Shown here: piece after piece, positions 11,657-22,316 of the stretch
Position numbering within the stretch: position 1 is the stretch's first letter
Layout of the letters: each line of letters starts with the position of its first letter
Assembly (NCBI RefSeq): GCF_000372725.1
Contig: NW_005201318.1
Location: 102,342 to 166,341, forward strand
DNA from: Emiliania huxleyi CCMP1516
Lineage: Eukaryota
Reading direction: 5' to 3'
Length of the DNA: 64,000 bases
Notes under the pieces: model-generated
The model's input: the letters and a program-made list of their open reading frames with translations, nothing else
Told to the model about the DNA's origin: nothing
Databases searched by the model: none
Translations under genes and position numbers: made by a program

Positions 11657-12441
11657 TGTGCGGCTCAGGGTCGTCCGTGTGTACGCGTCTCGTGTGAATT
11701 CAGTTTGCGACATCGATGGGCAATTTAAATGTAAAATAAAATAAAAAGTCACTCGATCTAAGATTAAGGGCGGCTCCTTTTTGTGCCTACCGCGAAAAAC
11801 TCGACGGTTTTGGGCGCGGCAGACGCAGACGGAGCGCGCGCGCGTGACAGGAAGCTCTCGGCAGGTTGGGAAGCAAGCACGTTAACGGGGTGGATCCTAC
11901 TAGCGCGAGATATTTTCTTTTTTGCACCGGGAACGCGGGAAGCCAATCAATCGCTGTCCGGTTTCTCTCCCTCCGCAGCGGGTGGCCTACTGGCCTGCTT
12001 GGCCTCCCACCCACTCGATGCGGGCTAGGAGTTGAGTTGAGTAGTGCATCAGTCATCGCATCTTGAGGAAACCCCGAACGATGCGCGTCTTTTCATGCAA
12101 TTGCCCGCCGATATAAATACACCGATATAGCGCATATGATCGAAGCCGCCTCTTTTGGACCAGGGAAGGGCCCACGAGGCGAGGCACCGCGGTGCGCAAC
12201 CCTCCCCTGCCACGCGCAGCACCGCTTCTGCGCGCGTCTGGGCCTCACACCCTCACCACACGGTGCCATAACGCACTCCTGCTGGATGTGCTTCTCTCCA
12301 CTCCACGCAGGAGCCAACCCCGCCCTCTCTCGAGCGCCCCCTGGGGCCCGCGCGCCTGCCAACTCCTGCCCCCCCTGGTCCGCGCGCCTGGCTGAGGCGG
12401 CATGTCTGCGCACCGCAGGGCGACTGCGCGCAGGAGAGCCC

Positions 12442-13901
12442 ATGCCGCCCTCGCTCTTCCTCTTCCTCTCAGCACTGCTCGTGTCCACCAGCGCGGCGGA
12501 CATTGAAGAATTTGTAGTGGTGGAATGGACAGACCATACAACCTGTGCTGGAGCCGGTTTACTTGCTCTCGATCCAAACACCAACGACTGCAATAACGTT
12601 CCTCTGATTTGGCAAATTGTCCATCAAATATGCAGTACGATGGATTTGGCGGATGCGTCTCGTGTGGATCACATGGCTTTGTGTGCAAGCAGGTTATTGT
12701 GTCCTCCTCCTCCTCCTCCTCCTCCTCCTCCTCCTCCATCTCGCCGTCACCACCGCCGCCCTCGCCCCCGCCCCCTGCCCCGCCGCCACCGTCGCCGCCT
12801 GGCTGCGACGGTCGCACGTGGACCCATACGGTGAGCCAGCACGTATACGACCATAATACTGAGCGGCTTACGGGCGTCACAATCGAGGAATGCAAGATTG
12901 CATGCTGCAACGCTCAGGCGCGGTACGGCTTCGTCTGCCTCTCGTTTGACTGGTTTGTAAACGAGGGGAGCAGGTGCGATCTGAGCGACGAGGGGCCCTC
13001 TACTGTCGCCCTGACGGCCAACAGTGGAGCATATGACAACTACGCGCTAGTGCCCTTGCCGCCGCCCGAGGCAGGACAGGCGAACGGCGATCCCCACCTG
13101 ATGCTGGCTCACGGAGGCAAGGCGGACTTCCGCGGCACCGACAAGGGCATCTACAACTTCCTCTCGGCCAAGAACCTCTCGCTCAACGTGATGACAGAGT
13201 TTGCCGACTTTTACCTGCACGACACGGACCACCCCCGACACAAGCTAGTGCACGGCTCCTTCCTCACGCAGGCGCACGTCGTTGCGAAGACCGGCGGCGG
13301 GCGCACTGTGCGCGCTTCGTACTGGGCGAGCAAGATCGGTCCGCTCAACATCGGGTGGATGAACGCGACCATCGACCGCCAGCAGGCCTTCGCGCTCGGG
13401 CCGCACACGACCAAGGTGGTCGACGATGTCTCGCTGCACATGGACTACTCCTCGCTGCATGTCACCACTGGCGAGTGGGAGCTTGCGATCACACCGCAGG
13501 CTGTCGAACGCTCGGTGGCGGGGCCCGTGCGGCGCATCGATGTGCAGATGACGCCACGCGTCGCCGAATCCCAGTTATCCGTGCCGCCCCACGGGATGAT
13601 TGGCCAGTCGTGGGACGGCGACAACAAGGCAGTCTTCGGTGAGGAGGACGAGTTCCCTGTGCGCGGCGAGTACACCACGAGCGCGATGGCCGAGGGGGCT
13701 ATCGAAGGCGTGCCGACCGACTACCTGATGTCCTCACCCTACGCCACAGACTTCAAGTACTCGCGCTTTGGCCTCAACCATGCCTCCCCGCGCGACGTGT
13801 CCAAGCTGACCGGCCGCGTCAAGGCAGCTAGCCCTCAGGCTGCTAACGGTGCCGGCGTCGTGGAGAAGGAGATGGAGTTGTCGGCAGGGCAGGCTTCCTG
13901 A
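12442..13901 (+). CDS. Secreted protein: Cys-rich N-terminus, Ser/Pro linker, PAN/Apple domain, GDPH VWD-like module; apparent frameshift near 12600
   Basis: Signal peptide MPPSLFLFLSALLVSTSAA at ATG 12442. PAN-like TIEECKIACC...CLSFDW...CDLS. NGDPHLMLAHGGKADFRG...YNFLS. The reading frame changes near 12600. Confidence 0.8.
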
Positions 13902-14258
13902 GCGCGGTGACGTCCGCCGGCTGGGCCTCCCGCTCCATCCGGGGCGCGCTTTCTTTCGTTTGTTTGGCAGCGAGGCGTGCTGGCGCTACTCGTATTCTCT
14001 CTCTCGCATGGTGGGAGGAAGCGGCGCGGGCGGCGAGCGCACGAGGGTGAGGATCGGGAGGAGGGCGGAGCCGAGTGCGGCTTTGGGGAGGGTCAGGGGG
14101 AGAGGGCGGGGTGGGTTGGGGTGAGGCGGGTGCCGGAGGAGGCCCCGGCCTCTTCGGCGGCCCAAAAGGGTCGTCGCCGGCTGTGACTTTCTTGGTGCCA
14201 GTCCGAACCGTTCGCGGGGTTCGCGGGGCAGCCTCGCCCGAAAACCGGAGACACACAC

Positions 14259-15063
14259 ATGCTCCCCCCGCTATTCACCTCGACCGCCCCTCCGCCCGCG
14301 ATCAGCGATTACTCCGTAGCCGGCGCTGGCTTCTTCACTTCCATCCGCATTCCTGCAGCACTGCTGGCTGCCAGCTCCCTCAGTGATGCCTTTCGCCTCG
14401 CGTCAGCGGCAAAGGATCCCAGATTCGCGACGCCGGCTTGGAAGAGGCTGACAACCACTTACACGCTCGTGATGCTGTTTGCCTTTGGGTGCCCTAACTA
14501 CGACCGCGACGGGCGCTCTCACGAGCATTTTCGCACCGAATTACCCCTACCATAGGTGCGAGCTCATGACCATCTTCATGTCGACTGCCTCGTCGAATCG
14601 GCTTTTGTCGGGCCAGTTCGACCCAATGGCTACCAGTGCGATCGCCCTTCTGGTTCGCGAGTTTGAGTGGGAGTATGTGACGGTCCGTTGCCAGTTCATG
14701 ACTGGCATGCTGGCGTATTCGGCGGGCCAAATAATCCGCATTGCATACGAGCTGCACGAAACGGTTCTTTTGGCACGCTCGGCAATGTGCTTTCTTGCCT
14801 TTGCAACTCTCAACATGCTCGCCTTCTTCAACTCTCACCTCGTCTACTATGGGTCGTACACACAGCTGTGTCGTCGCTTCGCTGTGTTGACTTCGGCACA
14901 AATGTTCTCGGGACGCGCACTACCGCTGCTCGCGATGCTTTGCCTCGCCGGCGCTTCGGTGTTTTTTGTAGCGTCCTTGGCGGACTCCGACAAGGATGGG
15001 AACGTGACGTACGACGAGTTGGTGAGGTTTCTCAAGCGAGGCATCGGGCATCGGGCAACTTGA
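14259..15063 (+). CDS. Uncharacterised multi-pass membrane protein with C-terminal EF-hand; intron 14489-14555
   Basis: A GT-AG intron joins ...LFAFG to CELMTIF.... Several hydrophobic segments. EF loop DSDKDGNVTYDEL. The true start may be further upstream. Confidence 0.72.
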
Positions 15064-15405
15064 TGCCGGTGGGTGCAATGGCCAACGGTGCCGTCGTGCG
15101 ACCCTATTGGGCTCAAGTAGTCCTCAGGTCGACTCAGGGGAGATTGAGCAGTCGAGCCGGCCCGCTGCGTGATCTATCATCCCCCCTTTCCCCGTCCGTT
15201 CTGTGTCCTCTTTTCCCGTGCTCTGAAATCATATGAACCGAAGCGGGGGTGCGAAACTCATATTCCAGAGCAGCTACCCCTCGCCCAACATGAATGATGG
15301 GGGGCGGTCTTCGGGAGGACTAGACGTCGGCGAGGCTGTCGCGACAACATCCTCGCCCATTGATGAGACTTCATTGAAGGGGGTTCGAGGGGCTCGCTCA
15401 GCTTG

Positions 15406-17650
15406 TCACATGGTCGGCTCGACTGTCCAGCACTTGTTGAACAAGACTGGGTGCTCGGATCGGTCCTCAAGAACGGTGGTGATGGCATCCCACGCGCCGA
15501 AGATCAAGAAGGAGGGCAGCAGCACGCAGAGGTAGAGAAAGCACATCACCTTCGGGGCGGGCGGGCGGGGGGGGTGGGGGGGGTGGGAAGGGGGGGTGCT
15601 ACGGCTTACATCGCATCCCAACAAGGTAAGGCCGTTTTCATCGCGTCACGTCTGATACACCCCATCCCCCGTCCTTCCCGCTCCCACCAGACACCTTGTC
15701 GAAGCCGGCGACATCGATGTTTTTCTGGTGGCACGCGAGCAGGTAGAAGAGTGGCGGCCAACCGAACACAATCGGCGCGCCGGCGAATGCACCAAGGAGC
15801 GACTGGATTGCCCCAAAGCTGGGAACTGCGGTAGCAACAAGGAAGGAGGCGCCGATGACTACGATCGACAACACGAACCAGCGGGCGCGCGCCCCTGTGC
15901 CGCCCATGATGATGGGCGTCTTAGGGAAGAGCAGTCTGTAGATAACGTTCATGAAGGGAATGCCAAGGCACAGGTACGCCACGAGGATATGGAAGGCAAC
16001 GAGCCCGCCCACGAGGGACGTTCGCCAACCCTGCGCAGCGACGGGCGGCGTCAGGTCGGCAGACGCGGATAAGAGTGCGACCGCGGCGGTCGGCGGCACG
16101 GGGCGTAGAGTGTGCAGCAACGCTTGAGGGCCGGTCTAGAGCTCGTGTAGCAGATGTCTCGGAAGAAAAGGCGGGTCTTGAAACGTGGAAGAGTCACCTC
16201 CTCGAGCGAGTTTGGAAGAAAATCTTCGACCCCGACGCCTTGCAGGCCATACGCTGTCACGACGGTGAACATGTAGGTGAGCGTCATGAGGGCGTACGAG
16301 GTAGATATCGCCTTCGGCGCGTCGCGCTCGTCTTGCATTTCAGCAATCACCTCGCAAAAGATGTCCTGTCCCTGGTACGCAAAGACGATCGCCGTGAGCG
16401 CACCTGACCAACGGGCCGGACTTGCAATGAGCGTGGAGGTGGACTTTGAGGTGAGGGCATCTAGTGGGCGCGGCGGTAGCAGCCTCGAGTTTCTGAACCT
16501 TCATCTTTATCTCGACTAAATCTTAGTCGTGCTCACCGAAGAAGTCGATGAAGCCGGTTTCCTTCGGCGGCCACAGGGTAGTCTGCGTCGTTGCATCGCC
16601 GCTCCCGCCCTCGTTGTTGGCGGCGTCCACAAAGAGCTTTGCGATGATGATGCAGATGGCGGTGATGATGGCGATGGTCGACGCGCCGCACAGGCTCGAG
16701 ATTTCGACAAGCGTCGTAAACTGCGAGGCGGAGAGGCGTCAGAGGTACAGTCGCGGGGAAGAGCTGAGGCTGCGATGGCAGCAGAGTGTATCACAGCGTC
16801 TGGCGACGGCCTTGAAACGGTAATGACGCGCGCAAGGGAATGCATCTTTAGAAGTGCTCGGGATACCTGCATTGGCAGCACGACCGCCAGCGCCATGATT
16901 GCCGTCCATTCCCAATCACATATTTGCGCATTGGGCGCGATGAAGATGAGCGACTTGCCTGCGGTGAGCAAGTAGTAGGGCAGGAGCAGGCCCCAATTGG
17001 CCACAATGATGGTACGAGAGATGGCACCAAAGCAAGGCCCGACGGTGCGCACGGCCAGGTCACCATAGCCGCCAGCGCCCTCCCCTCTATACAGCTCTAC
17101 TCTGCAGCGCGCAAGCAGGACCCCGGAGTAGGTGCTGCAAAAGGCGAACACCATCAGCGTTGTTACACTTGCAATCCACCCCAGGCGCGCTGCTGCCCAC
17201 GGTAAGCCGAGGGCACCGACCCCCATCACCTATGGATCACACGCCGGGGTGCGGTCGCCGCGCTGCAGCGCCCCGCCGGCCAGAGTAGAAGACTGCAAGT
17301 GGGTCCAATCCCCACCAGCGCGAGTGCTCACAGCCCGCCACCCTTGCACTGCCGAGCGTCAGCTGGTCCTCGCAGCGATGCGAGGCCGTCGCCGCGATCG
17401 CATGCGAAACTCGCCGGGAGACACACACGCCAGCGAACCCGCCCGTGTAAAGGGTGGTGGCAGGTGAGCATGGCGCCCCCCACTGCGCACTAGCTGTCTG
17501 TGCCCCGCTCACCTCTCCGAGGATGACCAGCCCTGCGTTGAACCACGTCGCTTCAAAGCTGGGCTTATCGCGCGAGAGGCGGGAATCGGCGGTCTTACGG
17601 CTGGACGACCCAGGCGTCGTCGCGCGCGAGCTCTGCTGTCCCGTCTGCAT
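15406..17650 (-). CDS. Amino acid/auxin permease (Aa_trans) family transporter, proline/GABA-transporter-like; multi-exon
   Basis: TWFNAGLVILGE|VMGVGALGLPWAAARLGWI, FAYQGQDIFCEVIAEM, VATAVPSFGAIQSLLGAF; many TM segments. Confidence 0.88.
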
Positions 17651-18088
17651 GGTTGGAGCGCGCAATGCCGTCGGGGGACGGACGACGTCACGATTGACAA
17701 CGGGTTTGAACGAAAATCGCCCGGGGTGGGTGTCGCCAGTGGCGCCGGCGACCGCCCAGCACGGCGCGGCGGGTCCACAACCGAGGCGCTCGGCACAAAA
17801 TGCGCCTACCTAGGCGGGCGTTCACCCGCCCTGAATCGCGACTCGCCGCTTTCCTCCCTGGCGAGTACAGACCACGCCTGCTATTCACAGCACAAGCTTT
17901 GCCTGGCTCCCCCCCCTGTGAGAAAGTGAGGCGTGGTCTGTCCTCCCCGTGCTTTCTCCCTTGTCGGTAGGTAGGTAGGTAGAAAGGTGAAGAACAGCCA
18001 GGCTCGGACTGGACACCAACGCGGTATCGGTGGACGCGTCGGTAACCAGAGAAAGAAAAATACTCGCTGCCCCCGAAACGGTGGCGAG

Positions 18089-18192
18089 ATGCTGCTCGGG
18101 CGACTTCGATCGACGAGTGCGATCAGCCGCCGATCGTTTGCCCGCATCGCCCGTCGCGCGTTCCATCGGCCGGTTGCTTGCACGAGTGCTTC

Positions 18193-18265
<73 letters not shown>

Positions 18266-21200
18266 GCGGTGCAGCACGGCGCTCCAGCATCTGCGGAGAC
18301 CGGGCGCCGACGGGTCACCGATGACTACTCCCTTGGCGCGGAGCTTGGATCGGGACACTTTGCGACCGTCCGACGCGGGGTCTGTCTGCGCACTGGCAAG
18401 GAGGTCGCCGTCAAGATAGTGCCCAAGACGATGCAGACGGCAGAAAGCATCCGCCACGAGTGCACCGTGCTGCAGCGCGTGAGCATCCACAAGCGCGTGG
18501 CCTCGCTCGAGGCTCTCTATGAAACGGACGAGCACTTTTACATCGTGATGGAGTACGTGTCGGGCGGGGAGCTTTTCGATCACCTCTGCGAGCATGGCGC
18601 GTACTCGGAGCGGGAGGCGGCGACTCTCATCTCCGAGCTGGCGGGGGCGATTGCGATCTGCCACGCGCAAGGCGTGGCGCACGCCGATATCAAGCCCGAG
18701 AACCTCTTGCTGACCCACGACGGCCACGTCAAGCTGGTCGACTTCGGGCTCTCCTGCCAGTACGTCAACAACGAGCGCGTCGACCCGAACGTTGGCGCTC
18801 GGCTCTAGATGCGGAACACCCCTGCTCCAACACGCCCTCGAGAGGACCGCATTCGGCTGCGCTCTAGGCGCGTCGGGCACGGCAGCGTACTGGGCGCCGG
18901 AGGTCTGGGGCTCTGGGTCGCCGGGGCTCACAAACGACATGTGGGCGCTGGGTGTGCTCACGTACATGCTGCTCACCGCGAGTCACCCCTTCGACGACGA
19001 GGGCCAGGCGAGCGACGACCAGATCCGCCACAACATCCTCCACCGGCAGGCATCCTTTGCAGACTGGACCGCTTCCGCGTCGGCGCGGCAGTTCGTCGAG
19101 ATGCTGCTGCGCAAGGACCCGACGACGCGGCTCTCAATCGAGCAGCTGCTGCAGGACGCCTCTCCCGCCGCCCCTTCACCCTCCCCCACGCTGCCACGAC
19201 CTCCTATTCCGCTCCTCTGCCTCTCTTGCACACGCCTCCACCCTGAGAATCCATCCTCGCTCTCTGCAGCACCCGTGGATCGTTGGAATGGACGACGACG
19301 CTCGGAGCCAGAGCACCACCGCCGCTGCCACGTCGGGCGCGCGCACGATGTGGGACCGGGTGCGTCAGCTGCAGCGGGCCGACCGTGCGGATGTCCGCAC
19401 GACCCTGACTGCTGTCCGCGTTGGTGGGACGCCTGCAGGTGCACCAACTGCAACGCGACCAAAAGATGCGCGCTTTCCGAGCGCACACCTCGCGGCTACG
19501 CGCCGCATGCTTCTCAGTGCTGCTGCAGCAGCAAGCGGCCGAGCGGGCCGAGCGGGCAGACGATGCGAGCGAGGGGCCCCATGTGCGCCGCTGGCTGTCG
19601 GCTCAGGCGGGCGCGCGGGCGCTGCGGAGGCACGAATCGCTGCGCGGGCCGATGCTCGAGGGGGAGCTACTCACGAAGACGTTCCGCGTCTTTGACGCCG
19701 ACGGTGAGGGGACCACCCCTGGCCACGGCTACGCGACTGGCTGCGCGCGCTGACGCCTCGTGTCCTGCAGGCAAGGGGTACATCTCTACCGCCGATCTCG
19801 ACCGGGTGCTCCGGCGCTTCGGGCAGAGCAGCGGCAGCGAGCAGCTCCTGCAGGGTGTGACTGAGGGCGACCGCGAGGGGCAGCGCATCACGTACGGCTC
19901 GTTTGTGCGGATGATGACGCACACCGTCAAGCAGGCGGGGCGTCCCAACACACTTCCACCTTCCAGAAGACACTCCCCGACCTCCGCCAAACCACCACCA
20001 CCACCACCACCCTGCTGCGCCGTCTCCACCCGAAGGCGCTTGACAGTGGCGACTACATCTACAAGCCCGGCGACCCCGTGCGCTACTTCTACGCGCTGCT
20101 TGCTGGCGAGGTGGAGGTGGTGCAGCCACGGGAGGACGGCGGCGAGGACGTTCTCACGAGGCTGGGCGCAGGCGATCTCCCCATATCTCCCCCCATCTCC
20201 CCATATCTCCCCCCATCTCCCCACGTTCTCACGAGGTTGGGCGCAGGTGGGCGCTCTTGCCCCCCCTCACCCCTCCCCCTGTCGTGCTCACTCTCACGAG
20301 CGCCAACAGGCGAGTATTTCGGCGAGAACAGCTTGCTCGAGGGGCGGCCCACCCGCTCGGCGGCCATCCGCTGCAGGACGCCGGTGGAGGTGCTCGAGGC
20401 TGCGCACGCACAGCCGGAGCGGGTGGCACATGTTGCTGACGTTGCACGTGATTGCCGCAGGTGCTCAAGCTCTCCAAGGAGGACTTCGAGGCCGGCTTTG
20501 GCGGGCACCGTGCCGCGGGCGGGCCCGATCAGAAGCGCCAGAAGTTGATCGCTTTCATCCAGATGGTGAGCAGGCACGAGAGGGGTCCCCACCGCTGCCC
20601 CCCCTCTGACTATTGCACTGATGTCTGTGGGGATGCCTCATCAGTGCAATAGTCACTCCCTGAGAAGGCACACACCGCCTCGTGTGCAATGCCCCCGTCT
20701 CTTTCGCGAGAGCGTGTGCCCATGGTGCTAGGACGTGTGTCACACTGACTGACTGACTGACTGACTGACTGACTGACTGACTGACTGACTGACTGACTGA
20801 CTGACTGACTGACTGACTGACTGACTGACTGACTGACTGAGCAGGCAGCAGCACCGCGCGCTCGAGGAGGGGGAGCCCGTGTTCTGCGCGGGCGACAAGG
20901 CGGACAAGTTTTACATCCTCGCGTCGGGCAGTCTTGTGGTCGTCGAGCCGCCGGCCGAGGGGGCGGCGGGATTAGAGGCGCACGGGGGGGACACGGCAGA
21001 CGCCTCGCCGTCGCTGGCATCCCGCCGTTCGTCGGGCAATTTGCCGCTCGGGCGCATCCGTGCGCGCGAAGGGTTTGGCGAGATGGCGCTGTTGAGCAAG
21101 CGCGAGGCGCGCCGCACTGCAGTCGCTGCCATGAGCGTGGCGCGCTGGTTGCCACATTGTGCGAGCCGTGAGTGCTTGTAGGTGCGCAGCAAGACGGTGC
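18089..21200 (+). CDS. CAMK/CDPK-like Ser/Thr kinase with EF-hands and two cyclic-nucleotide-binding domains; multi-exon, 3' end lost near the gap
   Basis: GSGHFATV, VAVK, HADIKPEN, DFG, YWAPE, DMWALG. EF-hand FDADGKGYISTADL. cNMP motifs GDPVRYFYALLAGEV...YFGENSLL..RSAAI and GDKADKFYILASGSL...GFGEMALL...RTAV. Confidence 0.85.
20745..20840. repeat. (GACT)n microsatellite inside a kinase intron
   Basis: Pure tetranucleotide run just before an acceptor CAG. Confidence 0.95.
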
Positions 21201-21525
21201 GTTGCGCGTCGCCACGGTGCGCGCATCACTCGGGGGGGGGGGGGGGGGGGGGTCGCCCTCTTCCCTTTTTACCCCCGGGAGCCCTGGGGCTTGGTGCCAA
21301 AACCTCCAAATTTCGGGGGAAGACTTTTTCCCCCTGATTGCGAAATCCAACGGGGGGGGCTCCGGAGCCCCCGGGGGGGGGGGGGGCCCCGGCGTCCCCT
21401 TTACAAGGGCCAAGGGGAACAAGGGCCCCAAAACTTCCAATGGCTTAATTAACCGCGGAAACGGGCCAAAAAATCCTCGGGCCAAACACCTTTTGTGCGC
21501 GGGGAAACTGTGGGGGGGGGGAATA

Positions 21526-21996
21526 NNNNNNNNNNNNNNNNNNNNNNNNNNNNNNNNNNNNNNNNNNNNNNNNNNNNNNNNNNNNNNNNNNNNNNNNNNN
21601 NNNNNNNNNNNNNNNNNNNNNNNNNNNNNNNNNNNNNNNNNNNNNNNNNNNNNNNNNNNNNNNNNNNNNNNNNNNNNNNNNNNNNNNNNNNNNNNNNNNN
21701 NNNNNNNNNNNNNNNNNNNNNNNNNNNNNNNNNNNNNNNNNNNNNNNNNNNNNNNNNNNNNNNNNNNNNNNNNNNNNNNNNNNNNNNNNNNNNNNNNNNN
21801 NNNNNNNNNNNNNNNNNNNNNNNNNNNNNNNNNNNNNNNNNNNNNNNNNNNNNNNNNNNNNNNNNNNNNNNNNNNNNNNNNNNNNNNNNNNNNNNNNNNN
21901 NNNNNNNNNNNNNNNNNNNNNNNNNNNNNNNNNNNNNNNNNNNNNNNNNNNNNNNNNNNNNNNNNNNNNNNNNNNNNNNNNNNNNNNNNNNNNNNN
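21526..21996. other. Assembly gap
   Basis: Run of N. The flanking 21230-21525 looks like low-quality read-end sequence. Confidence 0.99.
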
Positions 21997-22316
21997 GGGG
22001 CGAGGAGTGAGGGAAGTGAAAGGAGGCGGCGCAGCAGGCGGCGCGCTCGCATGCGCAGCCCGCGGCTCCATGCCTCCCATCGCCTGTCCTCCACGGTCCC
22101 CCGTCCCCCACCCCACCCACCACCACCACCACAAGCCCCGGGTGTGCCGCCCTCTGCCAGAGCGCTGCCAGAGAGGCCGCAAGCCAACTCTGAAAGCGCA
22201 CCAAGCAAGCGGGACCGCGTGACCGAGGCCCCCCGGTGCCGCGCGACCTCGGTCACGCGGCCTCAGGACACCTCCCTGCACGCTCCCACTGCCCCCCCTC
22301 CCCCCCGCCGCGACGC

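Noticed and set aside
21230..21525. ORFs spanning the gap and homopolymer-rich flank (also 37341-37500)
   Set aside because: Likely low-quality read ends; ORFs are artefacts of N translation.
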